Shown: piece by piece, positions 1-9,265 of the stretch
How the letters are laid out: every line of letters begins with the position of its first letter
How positions within the stretch are numbered: the stretch's first letter is position 1
DNA from: Bacteroidota bacterium
Lineage (GTDB): Bacteria; Bacteroidota; Bacteroidia; NS11-12g; UBA9320
Reading direction: 5' to 3'
Assembly (NCBI GenBank): GCA_016124755.1
Contig: WGNA01000004.1
Location: 36,826-100,825, forward strand
Length of the DNA stretch: 64,000 bases
The notes under the pieces: model-generated
Databases searched by the model: none
What the model was told of the DNA's origin: nothing
Seen by the model: only the letters and a program-made list of their open reading frames with translations
Program-made: the position numbers and the translations under genes

Positions 1-651
1 GTGAATTTTGTTCTGGCTCCAAACGAAGAAAAAATGGTGGAGAATCTCAGATCACGTAAGTTATCGTATTTGCAGCAGGCGTTGAATTCGGAAAGAACTA
101 CTTCGATTGTTACCATTCTGAATGATGATGTTAAAAATGATACTTTTTATAATCGTCATCTGGAGCAGAAAGGGTACTCATTCCGAAAACCGAGAACTTT
201 CCGTTTAGCCATTAGTGCAGACGACTGTGCCGGAATTGTTCGCGATATGAACGGAAAACGCATTGCACTCTACATGTATGATGAACCTTATACAGAGGAA
301 AAACAGTTTTCTCAATCGTATATAATCGGCAGACGAAATGCGGTATTAAAGGAACATATTCAAACAGAGCGTCCCGACTCCGTAATTGGTTACATGTCGA
401 CCGATACCATTAATGTTAAACTCTACAGAAAACAAATCGAACTCAACGGATATTACTGCATAGAAACCCGCGGTTGGTGGGAGATGGAGAACGATTTTAT
501 GGCCGGACCGTTTGTTAATTATTCCATTTTATCGCCTGATAAAAAACGGGTGATTACCATTGATGCGAATATTTTTGCTCCCGGCGAAGACAAGAACCGG
601 CTGGTACGTCAAGCCGAATTAATTGCTGAAACCTTCCGTTGCAAAGAATGA
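1..651 (+). CDS. DUF4837-family protein, probably 5'-truncated by the window edge
   Basis: ORF open from base 1. The C-terminal ETRGWWEMENDFMAGPFVNY...FAPGEDK motif is typical of Bacteroidota DUF4837 proteins. Confidence 0.7.
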   Translation: MNFVLAPNEEKMVENLRSRKLSYLQQALNSERTTSIVTILNDDVKNDTFYNRHLEQKGYSFRKPRTFRLAISADDCAGIVRDMNGKRIALYMYDEPYTEEKQFSQSYIIGRRNAVLKEHIQTERPDSVIGYMSTDTINVKLYRKQIELNGYYCIETRGWWEMENDFMAGPFVNYSILSPDKKRVITIDANIFAPGEDKNRLVRQAELIAETFRCKE

Positions 652-1226
652 TAAAACGCATTGCCATTTTTGCAAGTGGAAGCGGATCTAATGCCGAAAA
701 TATCATCCGGTATTTTGGGCACAACCCGAAAATTATCTTCACAAAAATTTATTGCAATAAAAAAGGAGCGGGTGTTTTAGAACGAGCCGAAAGGTTAAAA
801 GTAGAAACAACTGTTTTTTCTAAAAGTGAATTCCACGACGGAACCATTTTAAGCGATCTCGAACAAAACCAGACGGACCTGATTATTCTCGCAGGTTTTC
901 TCTGGTTAATACCGCAGGAAATTATTCGGGCATTTGCCGGGCGTATTATTAATATTCATCCTTCCTTATTACCGAAATACGGAGGGAAGGGAATGTACGG
1001 AATGCACGTTCACGAAGCCGTTATTGAAAATAAAGAAACTGAGTCGGGAATAACAATTCATCTGGTAGATGAAGAATACGATCGGGGAGAGGTGTTATTT
1101 CAGGCTAAAACTGCAGTAGAAGAAAAGGATACGCCGGAAATTTTAGCACAAAAAATTCACGAACTTGAATACCGGTTTTTCCCGGAAGTGATTGAGAATT
1201 TTCTTAAAAATAAGTTTAGAGCTTAA
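648..1226 (+). CDS. purN: Phosphoribosylglycinamide formyltransferase
   Basis: IAIFASGSGSNA, LIILAGFL, INIHPSLLPKYGG and DEEYDRG motifs. ATG at 648 overlaps the upstream TGA (ATGA). Confidence 0.97.
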   Translation: MIKRIAIFASGSGSNAENIIRYFGHNPKIIFTKIYCNKKGAGVLERAERLKVETTVFSKSEFHDGTILSDLEQNQTDLIILAGFLWLIPQEIIRAFAGRIINIHPSLLPKYGGKGMYGMHVHEAVIENKETESGITIHLVDEEYDRGEVLFQAKTAVEEKDTPEILAQKIHELEYRFFPEVIENFLKNKFRA

Positions 1227-1228
1227 TT

Positions 1229-1580
1229 TTTCTCCGTTTGAATGCACCAGGATTGCGAATCGGTTTAAGGATCGATGAACAATCTCTTTTCCTCTCACTT
1301 TTTTCTTGATAAAAAAGTAAGCAAAAAATCAAGTCGGAAAGAAAGCTGCCCAAGCGCCCTTTCTCATTTGTTGAAAATCTGGCGAAAGAAGTGACAAGCA
1401 CTTTCACCGATTTTCTACCAAATGAAAAATTCCCGCCGGGGCTATCCCGCCTTTCCGACGACCCACCCACGCGATCCTATTCTTGATTTGGGATCCGCTT
1501 CGCACAATTCATTTTGTACTTTTTAATACTGAAATGGAAGTGATCCACAGGTTGGTGTAATGAAGAAGAGAAACATTTAA
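1229..1580. repeat. Dispersed ~330-350 bp structured intergenic repeat, copy 1
   Basis: The reverse complement aligns with 31546-31866 over its whole length. It contains hairpins (ACTTTTTTCTTGATAAAAAAGT; TCATTTG...CAAATGA). Confidence 0.9.
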
Positions 1581-2302
1581 AGCTTTACCAGTTTTTTAGT
1601 GAACTGTACGCCATCAATCATTGTTCGGATATAATAATTTCCGGCGGGTTGTTCATCAATCTTAAATTCGGTAACCTGGTTTAAGTCTGTCTGAAAGTAT
1701 GATTTGATTTCTACGCCAAGCGAATTGTATACATAAATAGTAGCCCCTTTTTTCTCTCGGATATCAAATCGAACCGAAACTTTATCCGTTGCCGGAGAAG
1801 GATACACCTGAAATAAATTACCCGAAGTATTTCGCTTGAGATCCACCACTGTTTGCGAACTGATTATGTATTTCTGGGGACTACGATAACGGAACGAGGA
1901 TTCGTAAAATTTGTCGCCATTTAAATAGGTTTGGCGTTTCGTATACATATTGAATTGAAGCAACAAAGTGTCTTGGAGATTGAGACTGGGAATTATGGTG
2001 TCCAGCACGCTTGTAATGTTTTTATCCTTCAAAACCCATTAAGTGCTAATGTATTTGTATTGGGCTTCACCAATTTTACGGGTAGAAACAGACATCTCAA
2101 CAACTGACATTTTGGTTATTGCCATGTTGTTTGTATCTCGAATGTTATTGAGATCCAGTTCCAGAAGTTCGTTTTTAGTAGCAACTCCGGGCTCAAGTCC
2201 TATATAACCGTTAAATAATCGACTGAGATATCCGGGACAATTTTGAGCCGGCTGAAAAAACAATAAAAGAAAGAATAAAAAAAAGGGTCGAATTGCACTC
2301 AT
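1577..2302 (-). pseudogene. T9SS cargo protein (signal peptide + domain + type A CTD) interrupted by one in-frame TAA
   Basis: ORFs 2039-2302 and 1577-2032 share a frame and read YKYIST*WVLKDKN. The N-terminal part has a signal peptide and the C-terminal part has the VYPSPA...GNYYI...KKLVKL CTD. Confidence 0.75.
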
Positions 2303-2336
2303 GTTTTTCGAACGGTGACCAAAATCAATTTAGTAT

Positions 2337-4244
2337 CTATTCAACAATTCGCAATTCTGTTCTCCGGTTTTTAGCCCTTCCGGCCTCGGTATTATTATCG
2401 GCAATCGGTTGTGAAGAGGCATAACCTTTATACGAAAGCCTTGTCGCATCAATTCCGTGATCAATCAAATATTGGTACACTGCTTTTGCCCGGTTTTCAG
2501 AAAGTGTTTTATTATGCGCTTCGTTTCCGGTATTATCCGTATGTCCTCCGATTTCCACTTTTATGGTTGGATTTTTCTTTAATAAATCCAGAATCATTTC
2601 CATCTCCGCTCTCGACTCTTCTTTTAAATCCCATTTGTCAACATCGAAGAATACATTATTTAAAACAATGCGTTGATCCTTTTTAATTTTCTTTAATCCG
2701 ATTTCCAGAACGAATGGTTTTTCTAATGAGTAATCCTTTAATGAAAAATTTTCGGAGTGAAATAAATAACCATCGGCTCTGGCTTCAAAAGCATAATTTT
2801 CATTTCCGGGAAGTGTAACTAAAAACTCTCCGTTTTTTCGATCGGAAGTGGTGGAAATAACTTTATCTCCGGATGATAAAAGAAACAATTCAACCTCGGC
2901 GCCTAATCTTTCTTTTGTATCCACATCGAACACAATCCCTTTTACATAACCGGTTAAATTAGGTCGGGCTCCCGGATATAAATCCATTGAATAAATATCC
3001 ATTCCGCCGTAACCATTTAAACCGTCGGAAGCAAAAAATGCCTTATCGCCGCTTCGGTTCACCACAAAACTCCATTCGTCTCCATGCGTATTAATCGGGT
3101 AGCCGAGATTCACCGGTGTTGTCCATTTGCCATCAACCAATCGCGTGTAATAAATATCACTGCCGCCCATTCCCACTAAACCGTCGGAAACGAAATACAG
3201 CGTTTTTCCATCCGGATGAATAAAGGGAAATTGCTCTTCGCCGGGAGTGTTGATTTCGGGGCCCAGGTTTTTCGGTTTCGACCAGCCGTTCTCTGTTTTT
3301 ATTGTATACCAGATGTCTGCTCTTCCATAACCATCTTCCCGATTCGAAACATAAAAAAGTGTTTTCCCATCGGCAGATAACGAAGGTTGACTTTCCCAAT
3401 CCGGTGTGTTTATCGGCCTTCCGAGATTCTCCGGTTGCGTCCACTTATCGCCTTCTTTGGTTGTGATCCAGATATCAAATCTCCCGTAACCTCCTTCGCG
3501 GGAAGACGCATAGAGCAAATGTCGGCCGTCGGGAGAAGCACAGAAAGCACCTTCGTTCAATTTCGTATTTATAGGTGATCCCAGACTAATGGATTTTCCC
3601 CAAACCGAATCGATTTTACTGCTTACATAAATATCTTCATCCTGCAGCATTTGATTGAGACTTCCGTCGCGGCTTGTGAAATACAAAAGTGTTTCATCAG
3701 TGCTGAGTCCCGGGAAATATTCTTCGAGTTTGGTGTTAACATTCGGTCCGAGATTTTTCGGATCAAACGGAACCGGATTTTCCATTGCATTTTTAGCAAA
3801 TTCGGCACACTCAATTCTAAAATTAACTTGTCCACGGGCTTTTGGCGGAATCACCGTAAGTGCTTTGTTGAGCAATCGAAGACAATCGTCGTAACGATCC
3901 TGTTCAAAATAAACATTGCTGAGATCCAGAATCGTGTACAAATTGTCGGGAGCAATCTGATACGCTTTTTCTAATGCCTCTGTCGCCAGATCAATTTGTT
4001 TGTGCTCGAGATAAATTTGTCCGCGAAGGCTGTATGCATCTACATAATTGGGGTCGCGTTTCAGAACCTTTTCCAAAATTTCCAGCGCTTTATCATCTTC
4101 CCGAACATCGTGAGCGAGCAATGCCTGACCAAACAAATCATACGCTTTTTTATCAGGGCCGCCGCCTTTCTTTCCGGATTTTTGTCCGATACACGAAACC
4201 TGAACGAGGCTCAAAGCGAGGGTTAGAAAAAAAATCCTTGACAT
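2337..4244 (-). CDS. PorE-like TPR + PD40 beta-propeller + OmpA_C peptidoglycan-binding protein
   Basis: TPR helices, repeated NLGxxINT...F.SxR..GYG PD40 blades, and a C-terminal GHTDNTG...LSENRAKAV...NRRTE OmpA domain. Likely ATG at 4244. Confidence 0.88.
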   Translation of the reverse strand: MSRIFFLTLALSLVQVSCIGQKSGKKGGGPDKKAYDLFGQALLAHDVREDDKALEILEKVLKRDPNYVDAYSLRGQIYLEHKQIDLATEALEKAYQIAPDNLYTILDLSNVYFEQDRYDDCLRLLNKALTVIPPKARGQVNFRIECAEFAKNAMENPVPFDPKNLGPNVNTKLEEYFPGLSTDETLLYFTSRDGSLNQMLQDEDIYVSSKIDSVWGKSISLGSPINTKLNEGAFCASPDGRHLLYASSREGGYGRFDIWITTKEGDKWTQPENLGRPINTPDWESQPSLSADGKTLFYVSNREDGYGRADIWYTIKTENGWSKPKNLGPEINTPGEEQFPFIHPDGKTLYFVSDGLVGMGGSDIYYTRLVDGKWTTPVNLGYPINTHGDEWSFVVNRSGDKAFFASDGLNGYGGMDIYSMDLYPGARPNLTGYVKGIVFDVDTKERLGAEVELFLLSSGDKVISTTSDRKNGEFLVTLPGNENYAFEARADGYLFHSENFSLKDYSLEKPFVLEIGLKKIKKDQRIVLNNVFFDVDKWDLKEESRAEMEMILDLLKKNPTIKVEIGGHTDNTGNEAHNKTLSENRAKAVYQYLIDHGIDATRLSYKGYASSQPIADNNTEAGRAKNRRTELRIVE

Positions 4245-4251
4245 GGTTTTA

Positions 4252-4743
4252 TTACTTGCTAAACTCAATTACCCGGAGATTGCGCATCTCTTTTTTATCA
4301 ATTTCCAAAGATATCATAGTTCGCACCTTGTGAAATCCTGAAATTCCGATTGCCCCGGGATTGATGTGCAGATGTTTTAATTCTTTGTCGTACATCACTT
4401 TTAAAATGTGCGAATGTCCGCAAACTACCAAACCGGGTTTCAACTCCTGAATTCTCTTGAGAGCAAACGATTTGTATTTTCCCGGATAACCGGCGATGTG
4501 CGTTATGTATACAGAAACTTCTTCGCAGGTAAAATTGAGTTCAACCGGAACAACAGCCCTGATTTCAGCACCGTCAATATTTCCGTAAACTCCTCGCAAG
4601 TCTGCCACTGCAGAAAGTTTGTCGAAGACCTCAATCGCCCCCCAATCGCCTGCATGCCACACTTCATCGTGTTCTGCAGCATAGCGAATGATCGCATCAT
4701 CCATATACCCGTGGGTATCGGACAGGATGAGGATTTTTTTCAA
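4252..4743 (-). CDS. YfcE-family metallophosphoesterase
   Basis: SDTHG, HAGD, GNID, GHSH and NPG motifs. Confidence 0.92.
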   Translation of the reverse strand: MKKILILSDTHGYMDDAIIRYAAEHDEVWHAGDWGAIEVFDKLSAVADLRGVYGNIDGAEIRAVVPVELNFTCEEVSVYITHIAGYPGKYKSFALKRIQELKPGLVVCGHSHILKVMYDKELKHLHINPGAIGISGFHKVRTMISLEIDKKEMRNLRVIEFSK

Positions 4744-4758
4744 GGAATTTCCCGGTTA

Positions 4759-5118
4759 TCAGAACGGAAGATCGTCGCCGGTCTCGTCCATATCGATTAC
4801 CGGAGCGTCCATCATTCCAACATCATTGTTGGCCTGAGACTGGCCGTTCTGAACATCGATTTTCCAAGCCTTAACATCGGTGTACCAGCGATCGTTGTAT
4901 TCTCTTGACTCGATGTTTATGCTAATATTCAAATTGGTACCGGGCTGAAGATTCTGAACTTCATCCACACGCTCACCCCAACAGGTAATCGCAACTTTTT
5001 TGGGAAATTGTTCATTGGTTTCAATGATCATTTCCTGCTTTTTCCAAGGCCCACGCTGACTTTCTCCACTTTGAACCGGCATCAGCTTTACCAGCTTTCC
5101 ACTTAATTCCAGACTCAT
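4759..5118 (-). CDS. DUF3127 family protein (OB-fold-like, SSB-like DDLPF tail)
   Basis: WKKQE..IET..QFPKK, SREYNDRWYTDVKAWKI and a DDLPF terminus. Confidence 0.88.
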   Translation of the reverse strand: MSLELSGKLVKLMPVQSGESQRGPWKKQEMIIETNEQFPKKVAITCWGERVDEVQNLQPGTNLNISINIESREYNDRWYTDVKAWKIDVQNGQSQANNDVGMMDAPVIDMDETGDDLPF

Positions 5119-5235
5119 GCTACACGAATAATTGTTCGAAACTAAGGGTCAAATTAAGGATTCCACAAAGAACCTTTACTAAATTGTTCACCGGTTTTAC
5201 ACTTCGCTGCAAATCAGCATTTTTGCGCCACTCCT

Positions 5236-5862
5236 GTGAACGAACTTTACGTATTTCTTTTTTCAACCGGAATCAGCCTTTACGGTTCGCTGATGGCAGG
5301 CATTGTAAACGTCAATGTGATTTACTGCGCCCTGCACCAAAGTAAGAGACATGCCAAATGGATGGCACTTGGCGGTGTTTTGCCCGAGCTGCTGTATTCG
5401 GGTATTGCGATTTTCGGAGTGGAAATGGTGCGAACCAACCACGCCCTTTTCGACAAACTGAAATTTGCGGTTGTCCCGATTATGATTGCCATGGGAATTT
5501 ATTTTTTGTTCACGAAAAGTGATCCCGATAAGATTAAAGAAGATACCAGTAAACATTCGGCTTTTTATAAAGGAGTGGTTCTGGCAATGCTCAATCCCCA
5601 GCTCATAACTTTCTGGTTTGGCTGGTTACTCATCGCTTATAATTTTCTGGAGTTCGGCAACTATTCATTCATCTCACCCAAGATTACCTTTATTCTCGGA
5701 ACCGCAGTGGGTGCCTATATCACTCTTCGTATTTTTATTTACATCACCGTGCGAAACCGGGAACGAATTCTTAACTGGATGCGATTTCCGATAAACGTTC
5801 TGATCGGGTGGATATTAATCGGTATTGGTATTTTGCAGTTGGGTGTTATTCTTTGGAAATAA
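5236..5862 (+). CDS. LysE-family translocator
   Basis: Hydrophobic multi-TM protein with an FYKGVVLAMLNPQLITFW motif. Confidence 0.8.
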   Translation: MNELYVFLFSTGISLYGSLMAGIVNVNVIYCALHQSKRHAKWMALGGVLPELLYSGIAIFGVEMVRTNHALFDKLKFAVVPIMIAMGIYFLFTKSDPDKIKEDTSKHSAFYKGVVLAMLNPQLITFWFGWLLIAYNFLEFGNYSFISPKITFILGTAVGAYITLRIFIYITVRNRERILNWMRFPINVLIGWILIGIGILQLGVILWK

Positions 5863-5885
5863 ATCAAAACGCAATCGAATAATAA

Positions 5886-7979
5886 ATGACTTTTTTCAGG
5901 CGGACTTACATTCTTCAATTTGCCATGATTGCAGGTCTTACCCTGATCTCTTTTCGGGTTAATGCTCAATTGTTCAAACCCCGGTGGAAATGTCTCGGGC
6001 CAAAAGAGCTGCCGGGTTTTGGAGTAGATTCAGGGCAATATTCAGCAAATGGTTTGGGCTGGGTCGAGAGTCTTGCGGTGTCACCTTCCAACCCGAAAAT
6101 AGTATATGCCGGGAGTAATACAGGTGGTTTGTACAGAACTAAAAACGGTGGGCGAAAATGGAAATTTGTTTTTGATCTGGATGCCGTTTGCGGGGTTTCG
6201 GATATCGTGATTGACGATAAAAATCCAAAGGAATTGTGGGTGAGTACCGGAACCATATTTTTTGATATCGACTGGGGTTATGGAGTTCTGCACAGCAATA
6301 ACGGAGGACGAAGCTGGGAACCAACCGGACTATCGTTTCAACCCTGGAATTCAAAACCACTCTGGTGTCTCCAAAGAAGTGAAGTAAACCCCGAAGTTTT
6401 TTACGCGTGTTCCGAAACCCGGATTTACAAAACAACCGATCGCTGTAAATCCTGGAATGTTGTGTTGGATTCGGGAGATGGTGCCAGAATGCATTTCCGA
6501 CATCTTCGGATTCACAACCGGGATGCGAAAAAAGTAATTGCATCAGGCGATGGATTTTTTGTGAGTCGCGACGGAGGAAATACCTGGACAAACGAATCAG
6601 ATAAATTTGCCTTTCATAGCTATCACACTAAATACGATTCGCTTCCCGATCGGTTTGCATTTGACTTTAATCCGCAGAACAACGATCAGCTAATTGTTGC
6701 GTATGAATATCGCGGATACGACTATATACAACGATCCGATGATTTCGGGGAAACCTGGATTTTGCTGATGAGGCGTCCCAACTTTAATCGCCTCGACCGA
6801 AATCATGCGGAAGTTGCGTGGCATCCGAAAGATAGTCTCACCATCGCTGTGGGAACCGTTCGTATTTATCTTTCGCACGACGGCGGATTAACATTTATAA
6901 CAGCAACAGAACCGATTGCCGGTTCGCCCAACCGAATTCACGACGACATACGGGAATTGTTTTACGCACCCGATGGAACATTATTTATCGGAAACGACGG
7001 AGGTGTTGGTTGCTCTTCTGATGGTAAAAACTGGAAAGACATCAGCGGGAAAGGATTAACCATTTCCGATTTTTATCAGATTGAACTCAGTGGTGGAAGA
7101 ATCGTTGGCGGATGTCAGGATATGAGTTCCATGATTTATTCGGAAAAGAAATGGGAAAACACCGGAGAGATTTATGGCGATGGTGGATTTAATCTGATCA
7201 ACGGCGACACTTTACTCGTGATGCAAAGTGGTCGTTTGCGATACGGAACTTTTCAGAACAGGAACTGGGCTTCGATTACTCCTCCGTTCAGACCAGACCG
7301 GTTTACTTATCCTTTATTGTTTAATCCCTTCACTGGAAAAAAGGATGAAATCTGGTGTGCCGATTTTAACCTCTGGAGTTATAATCTGAAGAACGGACGA
7401 TGGCACCAATTAACAAATATTAAAACCGGAATCACAAAAATTACGGTCTTCTCAGCTGATTCGGCTTCCGGCATCATGTATCTGGCGAAAGATCAACCCA
7501 CCTGGAATCCCACGCCGGAAGGTCTGACCGACCGATTGTTCCGCGGCCGTTACAATGGAAAGGATCCGGCATTCGAAGACATTACTTCGCATCTTCCAAT
7601 TGTTGCCTGGCGAAGTATTTCGGGGATTGAAATCAATCATAAAAATCCGGAAGAGATGTTCGTTTGTCTCACGGGTTTTTCAAATTCTCCGCTTCGGGCA
7701 AAGGTTTTCAGAACTGTCGATGGAGGAGAGACTTTTGAAAATTATTCGGATAGCCTGCCCGATGTTTTGTGTTACAATTTGCTTTTAGATTCGGCAACCC
7801 GTGTATTGTATCTGGCGACTTCAGCAGGTGTATTTATGCGAAAAAATCCCGGTTCTCCCTGGGTGAAGCTCAATAAAAAAATGCCGGCTTTGCATACAAC
7901 CGATTTAAAAATTGAAGATGGTTATTTATATGCGGCAACGTTTGGAGGTGGAGTCTGGCGAGTGCGGAAATTGAAGTGA
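5886..7979 (+). CDS. Secreted BNR/Asp-box (VPS10/sialidase-like) beta-propeller protein
   Basis: Signal peptide, many S/T-x-D/N-G-G-x-T/S-W Asp-boxes, IHDDIR, GNDGG, GGCQD, GDGG and a terminal AATFGGGVW. Confidence 0.85.
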   Translation: MTFFRRTYILQFAMIAGLTLISFRVNAQLFKPRWKCLGPKELPGFGVDSGQYSANGLGWVESLAVSPSNPKIVYAGSNTGGLYRTKNGGRKWKFVFDLDAVCGVSDIVIDDKNPKELWVSTGTIFFDIDWGYGVLHSNNGGRSWEPTGLSFQPWNSKPLWCLQRSEVNPEVFYACSETRIYKTTDRCKSWNVVLDSGDGARMHFRHLRIHNRDAKKVIASGDGFFVSRDGGNTWTNESDKFAFHSYHTKYDSLPDRFAFDFNPQNNDQLIVAYEYRGYDYIQRSDDFGETWILLMRRPNFNRLDRNHAEVAWHPKDSLTIAVGTVRIYLSHDGGLTFITATEPIAGSPNRIHDDIRELFYAPDGTLFIGNDGGVGCSSDGKNWKDISGKGLTISDFYQIELSGGRIVGGCQDMSSMIYSEKKWENTGEIYGDGGFNLINGDTLLVMQSGRLRYGTFQNRNWASITPPFRPDRFTYPLLFNPFTGKKDEIWCADFNLWSYNLKNGRWHQLTNIKTGITKITVFSADSASGIMYLAKDQPTWNPTPEGLTDRLFRGRYNGKDPAFEDITSHLPIVAWRSISGIEINHKNPEEMFVCLTGFSNSPLRAKVFRTVDGGETFENYSDSLPDVLCYNLLLDSATRVLYLATSAGVFMRKNPGSPWVKLNKKMPALHTTDLKIEDGYLYAATFGGGVWRVRKLK

Positions 7980-7982
7980 TTA

Positions 7983-9218
7983 TTATTCCCCGTTATCCCG
8001 CATTTCGTAAACCTCGAGATCAAAAAAAGAAACCGCCGATAATAAATGATCAAAGATGTCGGCAATAATAAATTCGTAATTAGCCCATCGCTTGTCTTTG
8101 CTGAATGCGTAAATCTCAATCGGAATGCCGGTAGGAGTGGGCTGAAGCTGCCTCACCATAATGATCATTTCTTTATTGATTGCCGAATGATGCTTTAAAT
8201 ACGTATCGATGTATTTCCGGAACACACCGATGTTGGTCATGTTGCGACCATTAATAGCCAGAGATTTATCGGCTTCGTGTTGCTCGTTGTATTTGGAAAT
8301 TTCATCACTGCGATGCGCGAGATATTCTGAGATCAGTTGAATTTTTTCAAGCCTCAAAATGTCTTCATCACTTAAAAACCGGATGCTTTTCTGTTTGATG
8401 TTCAGCGATCGTTTTATTCTTCTGCCGTCTGATTGCACCATGCCGCGCCAGTTTCGGAATGAATCGGAGATAAGCGCGTAAGTAGGAATGGTTGTAATTG
8501 TATAATCGAAATTCTGAACCTTAACGGTTGCCAGATTTATTTCGATCACATCGCCGTCGGCTCCGTATTTATCAAAAGTTATCCAGTCACCGATGCGCAC
8601 CATATCATTAATCGAAACCTGAATGCTGGCGACAAAACCGAGAATGGTATCTCTGAAAACCAGAATTATTACAGCGGAAGCAGCTCCGAGAGCCGTGAAA
8701 AATTTCCAGGGTTTTATGCCGGTAACCTGTGCAAAACCCATGATGATTCCAACGAGCCATGCAAAAATCATCACCACCTGAATGTAACTGTCGAGCGGTT
8801 TGTCTTTCAGGTGCGGAAGTGTTTTCAGGTAATCTTTTAGTGCATTTAAAAAACTTCGCACAATGCGGAGGGCGAGCACAATTCCCAAAAGTTTAAGACT
8901 GTGTTCTGCGTAAAACTCGGTGTCGTGGAAGTCGGTAAAAACTGTCGGGATAAACTGAATGGCAATGAGCAGCGGAAGAATGTGAGCGACATTTCTCGGA
9001 GCCCGGTTTTTTACTAAAAGATCATCGATCTGGGTTTTGGTGCGGGCAGAATATCGCACGAATGCTCCGAGTAAAAGCTTTCGGCCAATGTAGTCGATAC
9101 ACAATACCACAATTACCAATGCGGCAAAAAGTATCAGCATATTGAGATACCTCGCCGATTCGGTTGAGGAACCCATTTCGATTAACCGGTCGTAAATTAT
9201 ATGGCGAAACTGATCCAC
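7983..9218 (-). CDS. MscS-family mechanosensitive channel (YbdG/MscM-like)
   Basis: DMVRIGDWI, ADGDV, VKVQNFD, NWRGM..SDGRRIKRS and MVRQLQP motifs. Confidence 0.93.
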   Translation of the reverse strand: MDQFRHIIYDRLIEMGSSTESARYLNMLILFAALVIVVLCIDYIGRKLLLGAFVRYSARTKTQIDDLLVKNRAPRNVAHILPLLIAIQFIPTVFTDFHDTEFYAEHSLKLLGIVLALRIVRSFLNALKDYLKTLPHLKDKPLDSYIQVVMIFAWLVGIIMGFAQVTGIKPWKFFTALGAASAVIILVFRDTILGFVASIQVSINDMVRIGDWITFDKYGADGDVIEINLATVKVQNFDYTITTIPTYALISDSFRNWRGMVQSDGRRIKRSLNIKQKSIRFLSDEDILRLEKIQLISEYLAHRSDEISKYNEQHEADKSLAINGRNMTNIGVFRKYIDTYLKHHSAINKEMIIMVRQLQPTPTGIPIEIYAFSKDKRWANYEFIIADIFDHLLSAVSFFDLEVYEMRDNGE

Positions 9219-9231
9219 GGATTTTGAGGTG

Positions 9232-9239
9232 CAAAATTA
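9232..9239 (-). promoter_or_regulatory. Bacteroidota primary-sigma -7 element (TAATTTTG)
   Basis: TAnnTTTG consensus just upstream of the mscS-like start. Confidence 0.55.
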
Positions 9240-9265
9240 AAATCCTAACCGGGGCATCAAAATTC

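Noticed and set aside
1216-1470. 84-aa minus-strand ORF
   Set aside because: It lies inside the dispersed repeat, and the second copy has indels that break the frame.
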